This document shows, piece by piece, positions 1 to 10,276 of a stretch of 45,590 nt of DNA (position 1 is the first letter of the stretch; every line of letters starts with the position of its first letter). The notes under the pieces are model-generated. The model made no database searches. It saw only the letters and a program-made list of their open reading frames with translations, and was not told the DNA's origin. The stretch comes from a virus (Duplodnaviria > Caudoviricetes). The stretch lies in the IMG/VR virus record IMGVR_UViG_3300037419_001442, positions 1-45,590 of that record. One strand, given 5' to 3'. The position numbers and the translations under genes were made by a program.

Positions 1-2
1 AC

Positions 3-1769
3 ATTGCTAATTTAACAAATCTTGTTGAGCAAGGTGGTAGTAGACGTGGTGCTCAAATGATTATGTTAGCTGATTGGCATCCTGATATTATTGAATTTAT
101 TATTTCTAAAATGCAAAACCCTAATATTCTTCGTTTTATTATCAAAGAAACAAAAGATGAACAAATTAAAAAATTAGCTAAAGAAAAGTTAAAATTTACT
201 ACATTAAGCAATAATGAAAAATATATTTATCAATGCATTTATTTATCATTACAAGAAAAATTAGGTTATTTAACAGATGAACAAAAAAATGCATATAATG
301 AAGCAAAAAAATTGTTAGATGATAATGGTCGTTATTCTGTCCATAACCCAGAATTTTTAACTGGTGCTAATATTTCAGTTGCTTTAACTCATGAATTTAT
401 GCATGCTGTAGAAAATAATTTAGAATATGAATTAAAGTTTCCATATACTGAAAGTTATACTAAAGAAGAAATGGAATATTATAACAAAAATTGGCATGAA
501 TGTGGCGATGTAAGAGAATGGCCTCTACCAATAAGAACATATCGTAAAATTAATGCTAAAGAATTATGGAATCTTATTAATATTGCTGCAACTTATTCTG
601 CTGAACCTGGAATTTTCTTTATTGATAATGCTAATGATATGACTAATGCTAAAGCATATGGTCAAAAGGTTGTTTGTACTAATCCATGTGGAGAACAACC
701 ACTAGCTCCATTCTCCGTATGTAATCTTGCAGCTGTTAACTTAGCTGAAATGACTAAAAATGGTAAAGTAGACTTTGAAAAATTAAAGCAAACAGTTAGA
801 GTAGGAGTTAGAATGCAAGATAACGTTATTGATGCTACTCCTTATTTCCTAGAAGAAAACAAGAAGCAAGCTCTTGGAGAACGTCGTGTTGGATTAGGTG
901 TTATGGGACTTCATGACTTATTAATCAAATGTAAATTAACATATGGTACTCATAAAGCTAATATTATAATAGATAAAGTGTTTGAAACTATTGCTATTAC
1001 TTCTTATGAAGAATCTATTGGATTAGCAAAAGAAAAAGGAAGTTTTCCATTCTTAGAAGCTGATAAACATTACCATGAATTAATTAAAAGAGAAGCATTT
1101 ATTCAATCAGGATATATGCAAAAAATGCCTAAGCATATTCAGGAGGGCGTTTTAAAATATGGGATTCGTAATAGCCATCTACTTACTGTGGCTCCTACTG
1201 GTAGTACTGGAACAATGGTTAATGTCTCGACTGGACTAGAACCTTACTTTTCATTCTCTTATTTCCGTTCTGGTCGTTTAGGAAAATTTATTGAAGTTAA
1301 AGCTCCAATTGCTCAAGAATATTTTGATGCTAATCCAAATGAAAAGGAATTACCACCATGGTTTATTTCTGCTATGGAACTCTTACCGGAAGCACATGCT
1401 GATGTTCAATGTAGTATTCAACGATGGATAGATAGTTCTATAAGCAAAACAGTTAATGCCCCTAAAGGATATACAGTGGAGCAAGTCCAAAAAGTTTATG
1501 AAAGACTCCATAAAGGAGGAGCTAAAGGAGGGACTGTTTATGTGGATGGTTCTCGTGATTCTCAAGTTCTTTCTTTAACTAATGAAGAAAATAAGTTTGA
1601 GGATAATTTTAGTGAAGAGAAACAAAAGTATATTCCTGAAACAAAGGAAATAGTTTATGGAGCAGAAGTAGGAGATACCTGTCCGATTTGCCGAATCGGC
1701 AAGGTAAAAGATATTGGTGGTTGTAATACTTGTACAAATTGTAATGCTCAATTAAAATGTGGATTATAA
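3..1769 (+). CDS. nrdJ: Adenosylcobalamin-dependent (class II) ribonucleotide reductase, 5'-truncated by the window edge
   Basis: Frame is open from base 3 (IANLTNLVEQGGSRRGAQM). Motifs TNPCGEQPL, CNLAAVNL, RRVGLGVMGL, TVAPTGS, SISKTVN, KGGTVYVDGSR and a C-terminal CPIC..CNTC..C tail. Confidence 0.95.
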   Translation: MANLTNLVEQGGSRRGAQMIMLADWHPDIIEFIISKMQNPNILRFIIKETKDEQIKKLAKEKLKFTTLSNNEKYIYQCIYLSLQEKLGYLTDEQKNAYNEAKKLLDDNGRYSVHNPEFLTGANISVALTHEFMHAVENNLEYELKFPYTESYTKEEMEYYNKNWHECGDVREWPLPIRTYRKINAKELWNLINIAATYSAEPGIFFIDNANDMTNAKAYGQKVVCTNPCGEQPLAPFSVCNLAAVNLAEMTKNGKVDFEKLKQTVRVGVRMQDNVIDATPYFLEENKKQALGERRVGLGVMGLHDLLIKCKLTYGTHKANIIIDKVFETIAITSYEESIGLAKEKGSFPFLEADKHYHELIKREAFIQSGYMQKMPKHIQEGVLKYGIRNSHLLTVAPTGSTGTMVNVSTGLEPYFSFSYFRSGRLGKFIEVKAPIAQEYFDANPNEKELPPWFISAMELLPEAHADVQCSIQRWIDSSISKTVNAPKGYTVEQVQKVYERLHKGGAKGGTVYVDGSRDSQVLSLTNEENKFEDNFSEEKQKYIPETKEIVYGAEVGDTCPICRIGKVKDIGGCNTCTNCNAQLKCGL

Positions 1770-1937
1770 TTATTTTTTAGGGTGAGTCTTTGACTCACTT
1801 TTTTTATTTCCTTTTTCATCAAAGTCTTTAAGTCCAAAACTATACTTTTTACCTTTAATAGAATCTTCCTTTTTAATATCAAAAATTGACTTTAACAAAT
1901 CATTATAACCATCTTTTTTATTGAGCACAATTATCAT
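1770..1937 (-). CDS. Small hypothetical protein (55 aa, MIIVLNKKDGYNDLLK...), not in the ORF track
   Basis: Open frame read by hand, with AGAAGGGA upstream and a TTGTGA-N16-TATAAT-like promoter at about 1957-1987. It runs through the terminator, so it may be spurious. Confidence 0.35.
   Translation of the reverse strand: MIIVLNKKDGYNDLLKSIFDIKKEDSIKGKKYSFGLKDFDEKGNKKSESKTHPKK
1779..1805 (+). terminator. Intrinsic terminator after nrdJ (probably bidirectional)
   Basis: GTGAGTC-TTT-GACTCAC hairpin followed by a T run. Confidence 0.85.
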
Positions 1938-2110
1938 TCCCTTCTATTTCTTATTTATAATTATATTATATCACAATTTATTCACAATTAATCCCTCATA
2001 TTAAAAGAAGGATGAAACCTATTAAAATTATCTATATTTATATTATATAATAAATATTTAATATATCATATAGAAATTATTTCCAGATGTATAAAAAGTA
2101 TTAATATTCT

Positions 2111-2143
2111 AAAAAAAAAGAGCCTTATTTAGGCTCTTCTTTT
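2111..2143 (-). terminator. Terminator ending the late/lysis operon
   Basis: AAGAGCCT-N5-AGGCTCTT stem with an A9 run on its left, which is a U run on the minus strand. Confidence 0.8.
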
Positions 2144-2340
2144 GCATCTTTCTTTTTAAATAATTTACCGAAGAAATCATTTTTAATTGCTGCATATAAA
2201 GATGCTATTACTAATAAAACAGAAGCTAAAACATCTCCAAAATTTTCTGGGATTACAAAATGTACTCCCATAATAGTCAAAATTGCATTAACTAAAATGA
2301 TTACTAATCCAATAATTCTAACTAATGCTGCTTTTTCCAT
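2125..2340 (-). CDS. Holin, SPP1-like
   Basis: 71 aa with two hydrophobic segments and a basic C-terminus. N-terminus MEKAALVRIIGLVIILVN resembles SPP1-family holins. Lies directly after the endolysin. Confidence 0.75.
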   Translation of the reverse strand: MEKAALVRIIGLVIILVNAILTIMGVHFVIPENFGDVLASVLLVIASLYAAIKNDFFGKLFKKKDAKEEPK

Positions 2341-2353
2341 TTATATCACTTCC

Positions 2354-3388
2354 TTATTTTACTCTTATTTTTTGACCTGCATAAATCCTATTAGCATTTT
2401 TAATCCCATTCCATTCTTGAATCTGGCTAATAGTTGTTCCATATTTTTTAGCAATATTTGTAAGATTATCTCCAGATTTGACAATATAATATACTGGCTG
2501 TGGTGCTGCAGGTTGTGGCGGTGTCAATGATAAATATTGGCCATTGTTACCAAATAAATATCCATTATATCCATCATTATCAATAATAACTTCATGCCAA
2601 TCATTAATATTAGCTGTAACATTGAAAGAGTCACCTTTCTTAGCAACAAATAATACTGGGGAATTTACATCAGGATGTTGTCTACAATTCAATGCATTAA
2701 CAATAACATAAACTTTAGAAACAATTGGATTTCCTGTTGAAACTGGTTTTACAGGATATTTAGTATTATTATCTGAAATAACTGGTGCAACAACAGATAC
2801 AGTGCCATCAAAGAATGGAAACTCTGCATGATTTGTAACTACATTTAAATCTACATTACCAGCAATTCCATCTAATTTTCCAACTGATGTGTATTGCCAT
2901 AAATCATCTTCAGCAATTGTAGGCTCAGTATGTTGTTGGCCATCATTTGGTCCGTACTTTGCAATCCATTGGAAATCAGATTTAATTGCTCCAAGATTAT
3001 GAGTTTTATAGAAATTTTCACCGCTGTAAAGGCCTATATGCTGCATACCTTTTGATTTAAGTCTATCAATATATGCTTGACCTCCACTAACTAAATCAGC
3101 CATTGAAGTTTCTTCAATATCTAAAACAAAAAATAAAGAATCTTTGTCTGTACGTTGAAATGCTGCTTCCGCTTCAGCAATAGAATCATTGACACTAACT
3201 CCAGCAAAATAAGCATAAGTTCCAAATTTAATTCCGTATTGTTTACACCCAGCAACATATTCATTATATTTTACATCTGGAATAGTATATCCGTGTTGTA
3301 CTCTTAAAATAACACCATCTACTACTTTAGATAGTTTAGCAAAATCAATTGTTCCTTGATATTTAGATAAATCTGCAATAACACCCAT
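2354..3388 (-). CDS. Endolysin: GH25 muramidase + SH3 + LysM
   Basis: DLSKYQG, LDIEE, WIAKY, DLWQYTS and NVDLN (GH25); ALNCRQHP..WHEV (SH3b); YIVKSGDNLTNIAKKYGTT..IYAGQKIRV (LysM). Confidence 0.95.
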   Translation of the reverse strand: MGVIADLSKYQGTIDFAKLSKVVDGVILRVQHGYTIPDVKYNEYVAGCKQYGIKFGTYAYFAGVSVNDSIAEAEAAFQRTDKDSLFFVLDIEETSMADLVSGGQAYIDRLKSKGMQHIGLYSGENFYKTHNLGAIKSDFQWIAKYGPNDGQQHTEPTIAEDDLWQYTSVGKLDGIAGNVDLNVVTNHAEFPFFDGTVSVVAPVISDNNTKYPVKPVSTGNPIVSKVYVIVNALNCRQHPDVNSPVLFVAKKGDSFNVTANINDWHEVIIDNDGYNGYLFGNNGQYLSLTPPQPAAPQPVYYIVKSGDNLTNIAKKYGTTISQIQEWNGIKNANRIYAGQKIRVK

Positions 3389-3822
3389 TATTTTTCCTCC
3401 TTACTAAATTGAGATATTCTTTTATGAGCATCTTTAATTAATTTTGGAACCCATAAATTTGCTTTATCTGCATTTTTTATTGTACTTCCAATTTCCCTTG
3501 TAATCAAAGATGCCATTATAAAATTGTGGAATAAGCCTTTAGTGTCTATTCCAAAATAGACTAAAGTAAAATCTATTAGAGCTGACATTATAATTAATAC
3601 TCCGATGAAAACTTTATTTGCTATCCCATCTAAGCATTTATCCCAATTTAATTGTTTATTTTTTATAGCACTATATACACCTAAAATAAAATCTAATGCT
3701 GAAAAAAATACTAGTACCCAAAAAAGAGGTGTACTTACTAAGCCATAAACATATGCTAAAAGAGTTATTAAGCTGCTAATAAAAGTTTGTTGCTTTGTTA
3801 ATATCAAGAAACTATAAAACAT
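3388..3822 (-). CDS. Holin (toxin-secretion/phage-lysis holin family)
   Basis: Multiple TM segments with LDFILGV..AIK, GIANK and REIGSTIKN motifs. Stop overlaps the endolysin start. Confidence 0.85.
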   Translation of the reverse strand: MFYSFLILTKQQTFISSLITLLAYVYGLVSTPLFWVLVFFSALDFILGVYSAIKNKQLNWDKCLDGIANKVFIGVLIIMSALIDFTLVYFGIDTKGLFHNFIMASLITREIGSTIKNADKANLWVPKLIKDAHKRISQFSKEEK

Positions 3823-3884
3823 AACTTCACCACCTTAGAAATAAAAGTCTATTCAAATTATTTACATTTTAGTATATAAAAGAC

Positions 3885-3911
3885 AAAAAAAATAACCCTA
3901 AAAAAGGGTTA
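3885..3911 (-). terminator. Terminator between tail and lysis genes
   Basis: TAACCCT-N-AGGGTTA stem with an A8 run on its left. Confidence 0.7.
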
Positions 3912-4133
3912 TAAAACAGAATCTTTTCCTTCATCTTCTTCAATACTTTTTATACAATGGTCTTTTTGAAATAAATTTAAAAACCTACATAGCATATTAC
4001 AAAAAGGACATTTATCATGTTTAGCCAAGTGCTTACCCATTCTGGAGGAGATAGTTTCATCTGGGTCTCCTCCAAGTAATGTATTACAAAACTGGTCGAA
4101 TGAAATTAGTATATTCCAAATATACTTTTTCAT
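3909..4133 (-). CDS. Conserved small phage protein
   Basis: DQFCNTLLGGDPDETISSRMGK..C..L..F.KDHC pattern, which I recall downstream of tail fibres in other phages. Translationally coupled to the fibre gene. Confidence 0.75.
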   Translation of the reverse strand: MKKYIWNILISFDQFCNTLLGGDPDETISSRMGKHLAKHDKCPFCNMLCRFLNLFQKDHCIKSIEEDEGKDSVL

Positions 4134-7063
4134 TATTTATTTTCCAAAGCTGACAATCTATTTAAAATATCAGCCATTTGAGATTTTAGTTGTTCATTTT
4201 CTTTCTTTAAATTATCAATTTCTGTTTGTTGATTATCATTTTTAGCAGATAACTGTTGAATAGACCTCCAAGCTAATGAAATCATAGCATATAAATCTAT
4301 ACCTTCTCCCTTAGCATTAACTACATCCATTGGCGCTTCTTGCATAATAATACCAACGTGAGGAAAATCAACACCATCAATTTCTTCTTTAAAATTATAA
4401 TATCTAATAGGTGTTGTATTTATTTCATTTAATGCATCACCTGAATAATCTTCTATATTTTTCTTTAATTCTCTGTCAGATGTGTTAGCTACTGAACTAA
4501 CAATTAAAGTTGCTGCTCCTCCATCATATCTTTCCATACGGAAAACTGCATCAGATTGATGAAATACTAGTCTTACATTTCCAGAATATATAACAGATGC
4601 CCCTGTAGCATCATCAAATACAAAATATTGGTTATTATCACAAATAAGTACATATCTTCCTTGTCCAGCAGGAGATGAAAATGCAGTTCCAGTGTTAGGG
4701 TCTGCACTAATTGTCATCCCAGATTGAGAACATTTTAACTGAAATGCGTTAATAACACCACTAAATTTTGCATTACCAGAAGTGTCTAAATCCATAGCTG
4801 ATGTAAATGTACCACCAGAAGTTGAACCAAATTGAAACATATCTGTAGTATTTGCATCATCTGATACTGAGAATTGCATATGAGCTGTGTTATTATTTTC
4901 ATAATGTTTAATAAATCCAGGGTCATTTGCCTGAGCAGTAAAATTAATTATCGAATCTGTGCCATTCTTTGATATTGTTAATCCTTTAAATGTAGGACTG
5001 CTTGCTGTATCTAAAGTTTGATTAATGGCATCTAATTTAGTTTTATCCCCTGAACTCATTGTTCCAGCTGTAGTTGTTGTAGCACCATTAATACCAATAG
5101 TAATTTTATCATTTGTAGTATCAGGAGTAAGTGTGATTGGAGCAGCTCCAGCTATTGTTAAAGTATCAGTTGCATTATCAGCTGCAATTGTAGAAGTTCC
5201 AACAACTACATTAGAAAAGGCATTTTGATTTGTTTGTGCTCCACTAGCAATACCATCAAGTTTTGCTTTATCTGTTGAAATCATAAGCCCATTAGCCGAA
5301 GAAGTAACAACAGCATTTGATGCTAATTGAACCCAAGCACCCCAAGTTCCTGCATTATTATATCTTATCCACATTCTTTGATTAGATGCAGACATTTCAT
5401 GATAAATTTGAAATGCAGTATTACTATTAAATTGATATACAGCAATCGCACCATTTACTGCTGCCGGTAAATTAGAAGAGGCTGCTCTTGCAGTAGCTCC
5501 ACAATAATAGAATCCTGAAGTAAAAAGAGTATCTATATCAGCATTCCAAGTAATTATTGTGCCATCATCTTTAGTTAGTTTTGATAATTGACTACTGTTT
5601 GCTAAATCATATGCTTTTTTAACAGAATTAGTAGTAGCTGCTTTTGATATACTTGTATCACTTGTACTATCTGATAATTGAGTAACACCAATTGCAGTTG
5701 TAGAGGCTGATGGTAAATTTGAAACAGCCACTTTTCCAGTAGAATCATATTGAGCAACTTGAGTCCATGATTGCCATGCACTACTTATTTTTCTTCTAAC
5801 ATAAAAATCTTGATTAGTACTTGATTTAAATGCCAATTGATATGCTTCAGTAGAAGAATAATCCATATGCAATATATACCAACTAGAACCAGTCATTGGA
5901 GTATTTGGAGCAGCACTATTATATGAATAAAAACCAGTGGCATTTTGTGTGTTTGGGTCGGCATTTGTAAGGTTTTGAATTTGTGTTCCAATACCAAATC
6001 CTTTAACCCAATCTACTACTGATTTAACAGAATTAGCTGTAGCTGCTTGAGTTGTAGAAGTGCTATTAATACTATTATTTAATTGAGCAATACCAGCAGC
6101 AGATATAGTTGCCGCAGGTAGATTAGTTATTGCTATCTTTCCATTAGAATCATATTGAGCAAGCTCAACCCAACTATCCCATGCTGTAGATTTACGACGT
6201 ATAAAAGTTCGTGAACTGCCAGTATGAAATGCCATTTGATAAGCTGATGTTGATGAATATTTAACATTTAAAATATAAAATCCCATTGCTGCTATAGGTT
6301 GGTCAGTTGCAGTTGTTCCAGCATAATAATATCCTGTTGCATCAATGTTATTTGCACTAGTAGCGCCAATATCTTTGGCAATATCGCCTAATCCAAAACT
6401 TTTTACCCAATCTGCCAGTAGCTTAACACTATTTGCTGTAGAAGCTTTAGTTGTGCTTGTATCACTAATACTATCACTTAATTGAACAGTACCTGCTTGT
6501 GTTGTTGAAGCTGCTAGCATATTAGTATTTGATGCCCTAGCAAATGACCTTAAATCTGTAATATTTCCAGCAGTAAGAGATGTAGCACCTGCTCCAACTA
6601 AAACTTGCGCTAAATCTAAGGCACCGGCTGGTGTTGCAGGTACAACAGGTGATACAGCAGCTGTTCCTTTAATAACTTGAATAGTATAAGAATCGTATTT
6701 ATTTTGAGAATAAACTAATGATGTACCTAATCCATAAGCATTAGTAGTATCTACATTATTTGTTATTGAAGTATTATAAGAAATAACAATTTTATCATAT
6801 CTTGGATTGCTTGGGTCTGCTGCAGATAATGTTATATTTTGTGTAGATTTAACATTGATAAAGCTATAATTGCTATCAAATGCTGTTCCTGTTGAAATAG
6901 ATAGGCCTAATCCAGAAGTATTTGCTACTGCCATACCTGACATTATTCCATAAGAATAAAGAGATTTTATAACATTTTGTATTCCTGCTTCTGTCCAATT
7001 AAGCATATCATTTGCATCGTTAATATCAAATGGTCTGTTTTTAATAAATAATTTTTTATCCAT
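4133..7063 (-). CDS. Tail fibre with three fibre-repeat/knob modules and a C-terminal S74 auto-cleaving chaperone
   Basis: N-terminal baseplate-attachment motif (AADPSNPRYDKIV, PVVPATPAG); three ASTT.AG..QL.DS..TS...A.TANSVK repeats each followed by a TG(F/Y)YY..AYQ..RR..W..W knob; SDRELKKNI plus coiled coil at the end. Confidence 0.92.
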   Translation of the reverse strand: MDKKLFIKNRPFDINDANDMLNWTEAGIQNVIKSLYSYGIMSGMAVANTSGLGLSISTGTAFDSNYSFINVKSTQNITLSAADPSNPRYDKIVISYNTSITNNVDTTNAYGLGTSLVYSQNKYDSYTIQVIKGTAAVSPVVPATPAGALDLAQVLVGAGATSLTAGNITDLRSFARASNTNMLAASTTQAGTVQLSDSISDTSTTKASTANSVKLLADWVKSFGLGDIAKDIGATSANNIDATGYYYAGTTATDQPIAAMGFYILNVKYSSTSAYQMAFHTGSSRTFIRRKSTAWDSWVELAQYDSNGKIAITNLPAATISAAGIAQLNNSINSTSTTQAATANSVKSVVDWVKGFGIGTQIQNLTNADPNTQNATGFYSYNSAAPNTPMTGSSWYILHMDYSSTEAYQLAFKSSTNQDFYVRRKISSAWQSWTQVAQYDSTGKVAVSNLPSASTTAIGVTQLSDSTSDTSISKAATTNSVKKAYDLANSSQLSKLTKDDGTIITWNADIDTLFTSGFYYCGATARAASSNLPAAVNGAIAVYQFNSNTAFQIYHEMSASNQRMWIRYNNAGTWGAWVQLASNAVVTSSANGLMISTDKAKLDGIASGAQTNQNAFSNVVVGTSTIAADNATDTLTIAGAAPITLTPDTTNDKITIGINGATTTTAGTMSSGDKTKLDAINQTLDTASSPTFKGLTISKNGTDSIINFTAQANDPGFIKHYENNNTAHMQFSVSDDANTTDMFQFGSTSGGTFTSAMDLDTSGNAKFSGVINAFQLKCSQSGMTISADPNTGTAFSSPAGQGRYVLICDNNQYFVFDDATGASVIYSGNVRLVFHQSDAVFRMERYDGGAATLIVSSVANTSDRELKKNIEDYSGDALNEINTTPIRYYNFKEEIDGVDFPHVGIIMQEAPMDVVNAKGEGIDLYAMISLAWRSIQQLSAKNDNQQTEIDNLKKENEQLKSQMADILNRLSALENK

Positions 7064-7067
7064 ATCA

Positions 7068-7517
7068 TCACACCTGTAGTTCTAAGCTATATAATAAGCT
7101 TAGAGAATTTTCTGGCTTTTGAAATATAGTATCACTAAACAATAATCTTGTTACTAGTATTTCTGTATTATTAGTTTTAAATGTTAAACCTGCCTCATTA
7201 TAATTAACAATATCACTAAAAGTGTTTTCTGCTATTTTAGTTATAAAGTTAATTCTTCCAGAAACAGTATAATCTTTTGTTACATCTAATAACAATAATT
7301 TATTTGTTAAAGAAATATCAGATTTACTTGCAGGAGTTAATCCACTACCTATTGCTAATTTATTAATACCGCCAGAAATATCTCCTCCTATTAATTTTAA
7401 TAAGTAATCTAATCCAATATCTGTAATTAAGTTTTTAAACTCATATTCTTCTATAAGTTTTTCTTTTTCATACTTTAATATTTTTAATCTGCCAATAATC
7501 CCAAAAGGTTCTCTCAT
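7068..7517 (-). CDS. Baseplate/fibre-attachment protein
   Basis: NLITDIGLDYL..LAIGSG..EAGL pattern. Position between wedge and fibre genes. Confidence 0.6.
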   Translation of the reverse strand: MREPFGIIGRLKILKYEKEKLIEEYEFKNLITDIGLDYLLKLIGGDISGGINKLAIGSGLTPASKSDISLTNKLLLLDVTKDYTVSGRINFITKIAENTFSDIVNYNEAGLTFKTNNTEILVTRLLFSDTIFQKPENSLSLLYSLELQV

Positions 7518-8416
7518 TACATACCTCCAAAGAAATTATTACTGCCAATACCTGAACATCCCATAAGAAAACAATCACAACAGCTATCATTAATAGTAAT
7601 AATTTCATTGTATGTTTCCATAATTTTTATTAATAAAGCAATCCCTGCTGCTTTAGTTCGTCTTAAAATATCTTTTACATCTTCTAGTGGAATCTTACTT
7701 AATGTAAAATCAAATGGAATCTGAACTGTTATTGATGCTGTATTAGTTATATAGTGTTCTTCTGGATTTAAAATATTTCTCATGTCAGTAATTGTATCAA
7801 TAGAAGAAGTAGTTATAACTGTAGCAATGGAAACTTGAGTACTATTTGGAGTAGATGTAGTATCAATAGAAAAAGTTCCATCAATATTTAGCTTAATATA
7901 GAGGGTAGAAGAACTAGAGAGATTTATAGTAGTATCATTTGATGTAATCCTCATTCCATTGATGTACCCAGTTCCTGACTTGATAGTAATACTTAATCCT
8001 CCTAAATTTATTATATCAAAGCCTTTAAGTATACCATTATCAAAATATGGATGCCCTTCTTCAGGTAAATAATGCTCAATAATAATAGGTTCTACTCCAA
8101 GATAATTTACTACTACTTGTTTTAGTGCAGAAATTGTTCCTCCACCAATAAATGATGATATACGAGATTTTATTCTACTTCTAAATGTATCATCGTTTTC
8201 ATTTAAAAATCTTTTTAGATTAATAATACTGGCAATTCTATCTAAATCATTAGAAGTAGCTTTATCAACAAATCTAGAATTTCTAACATTTTCTATATCT
8301 AATAAAAAGTTGTCTAAAGCAGTTCCGATAGGTGATAAGAATTTATATAAATTACTTGATTCATCTGAATTATATAAACTAGGCATATTATCAAAGATAA
8401 AGTTTATTTTACTCAT
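7517..8416 (-). CDS. Baseplate wedge protein (P2 gpI-like)
   Basis: ATSNDLDRIA..R..NENDDTFRSRI..GGTISAL and KAAGI motifs. Follows baseplate J. Confidence 0.8.
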   Translation of the reverse strand: MSKINFIFDNMPSLYNSDESSNLYKFLSPIGTALDNFLLDIENVRNSRFVDKATSNDLDRIASIINLKRFLNENDDTFRSRIKSRISSFIGGGTISALKQVVVNYLGVEPIIIEHYLPEEGHPYFDNGILKGFDIINLGGLSITIKSGTGYINGMRITSNDTTINLSSSSTLYIKLNIDGTFSIDTTSTPNSTQVSIATVITTSSIDTITDMRNILNPEEHYITNTASITVQIPFDFTLSKIPLEDVKDILRRTKAAGIALLIKIMETYNEIITINDSCCDCFLMGCSGIGSNNFFGGM

Positions 8417-8428
8417 AATTCACCACCA

Positions 8429-9508
8429 TCAATGTAATGTTATAGTACCTAAAGTAATTAAAGATGTACTATCCTCTGTAATATTTGACGATGGAGAGTT
8501 AATATTTAAATCTGCTACCCTTCCAATCGTATTATCTAAAATATATTTTACTAATTGATTTTTAACAAAAGTATCTCCAATTCCTAATGTAGCAAAATAG
8601 TTATTTATTGATGTATTGACATCTTCAGTAACATCTAAAATATTATATCCTTCTTTCATTGTTAATGTTATATCAACATTTACATTTGTATATGTTGGTT
8701 CATAAATTAAAATATCTATTCCACCTGATTTTGTATCCATTGCCATTTTAGTAATGCTATCCATTATATCCGAAGGCATAGGAACTGTATCGCCTAATAC
8801 TAAAATATCTAATGTTCCAATTCCTCTTTGCATATCTAAAACTTTTGTATATTTTACTCCAGGAATTTCTTGAATTTTATTTGTTATTGCTGTCACTGTG
8901 CCTTGTCCAGATGTTTCTAAAACAGATTTTGCTCTATTTCTTAAATCGTCGTCAGATTCTTCATTTTCTCCACCAGCTATTGGTTCTATATTTGTTACAG
9001 ATTCTATTCCTAATGGAGGATTATTAATAGTTGTTACTTTATTTGATGTAACATTAGAGGATAATCCAAGAGTAATTGCTTTAACATTTGCATCTATAAA
9101 TGTTTGTCCTGTTAATAATACAACATTTTCTGTAGTTTGATAAGAATTAAAAACTCCTTCTGCATCTGGAAGAGTTTCTACAATTGTACCTGCAGGAATT
9201 AAATAATCCAATGTTGCTGGAGTTTCTCTATAAAATTTAACTTTACCAAATGCTCCCTTAGCAGGATTTCTTGTAATTCCAAGTAATTTTACTAAGTTGG
9301 ATAAGTCATCACCATACGATGTATCAATAAAAGCATTATCATAAACTTGTTTTAATTGCCAATTTTGATAATCCATTTCAGTAACTATTGCTTCAATAAT
9401 TGTTTTTAATGGCTCTCCATCTGAAAAATCAATATCCGGTATTTTGGATAAAATAGAATTAATTATATCTTGAACTATCTGGTCTCTAGTTTTAAATTCT
9501 AAAGTCAC
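8429..9508 (-). CDS. Baseplate J-like protein
   Basis: FIDTSYGDDL..GITR..A.G.V.F, IPAGT and GGENEESDDDLRNRA motifs. Confidence 0.93.
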   Translation of the reverse strand: MTLEFKTRDQIVQDIINSILSKIPDIDFSDGEPLKTIIEAIVTEMDYQNWQLKQVYDNAFIDTSYGDDLSNLVKLLGITRNPAKGAFGKVKFYRETPATLDYLIPAGTIVETLPDAEGVFNSYQTTENVVLLTGQTFIDANVKAITLGLSSNVTSNKVTTINNPPLGIESVTNIEPIAGGENEESDDDLRNRAKSVLETSGQGTVTAITNKIQEIPGVKYTKVLDMQRGIGTLDILVLGDTVPMPSDIMDSITKMAMDTKSGGIDILIYEPTYTNVNVDITLTMKEGYNILDVTEDVNTSINNYFATLGIGDTFVKNQLVKYILDNTIGRVADLNINSPSSNITEDSTSLITLGTITLH

Positions 9509-9522
9509 TTAATTCACCTCAA

Positions 9523-9867
9523 TTATATTTTAAGATTTAAATTGATTATTTCATTAGTATCTAATATTATATTTATTTCTGCATAAATTAAATTGTCTAT
9601 ATTATTAATACTAATAACTTCTATCTTAAAAACTCTTTTATCAAAACCTATAAAAGTATTATTTAAAAATACTAACAAATTCTCTTTATTTATTTTTCCT
9701 TTAAATATTGGATGACCATAATCGTCATTATAAATTAATTCACCTTTTTCAGTTCTTATTCGCAAATTTAAAGATTGAGCTAGTAAATCTTTATCATAAA
9801 CAAAATTAAGTTTTCCTAAAGAATTAAAAGAAATATCACCATTATTATCAATTTTTAATGTTCTCAT
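9523..9867 (-). CDS. Baseplate wedge / sheath-initiator (gp25/XkdS-like)
   Basis: LAQSLNLRIRTEKGELIYNDDYG..DKRV pattern. Lies directly before baseplate J. Confidence 0.75.
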   Translation of the reverse strand: MRTLKIDNNGDISFNSLGKLNFVYDKDLLAQSLNLRIRTEKGELIYNDDYGHPIFKGKINKENLLVFLNNTFIGFDKRVFKIEVISINNIDNLIYAEINIILDTNEIINLNLKI

Positions 9868-9871
9868 TTAA

Positions 9872-10267
9872 TCACCCTTTTGAAATGTTACCGCTGTAAG
9901 TAATATTACCAGTAACATTTAAATCTCCATTTATAAAGATTTTTCCTTCTCTTAATAAAATATAAGAACCAGATTGACCATATAAAATTACTTCACCAGG
10001 ATTAATTTCTATTGGTAAATTATCATGTTCTATTCCAATGAGCGATGCTTTCTTAGTAGTATTATTAAATAAAATTTGACCATTTTGATTATTTAGAGGT
10101 AAAGAAAATAACCCATAAGGAGAAATAATTTTAATATCTCTTATTTCTTCTTGGTTAATTCTAACATAAACAGTGTTATTTGATTTTAAAACAGAGCTTA
10201 TTTTACCCATTAAAGAATTTCTAACACTATCTATACTTTTTTCTACTGCTCTTTTAATATTTAACAT
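9872..10267 (-). CDS. Baseplate central spike (Mu gp45/gpV-like)
   Basis: SPYGLFSLP..PGEVILY..G.I.INGDLNVTG. Lies between hub and wedge genes. Confidence 0.8.
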   Translation of the reverse strand: MLNIKRAVEKSIDSVRNSLMGKISSVLKSNNTVYVRINQEEIRDIKIISPYGLFSLPLNNQNGQILFNNTTKKASLIGIEHDNLPIEINPGEVILYGQSGSYILLREGKIFINGDLNVTGNITYSGNISKG

Positions 10268-10276
10268 ATTTACCTC

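Noticed and set aside
3-1769. Intron or intein in nrdJ (also checked terL)
   Set aside because: Frames are continuous, with no intein C/S...HN junctions or homing endonuclease motifs in the visible parts.
4133-7063. Diversity-generating retroelement or invertible fibre cassette
   Set aside because: No reverse transcriptase, invertase or adenine-variant template repeat is visible in the window.
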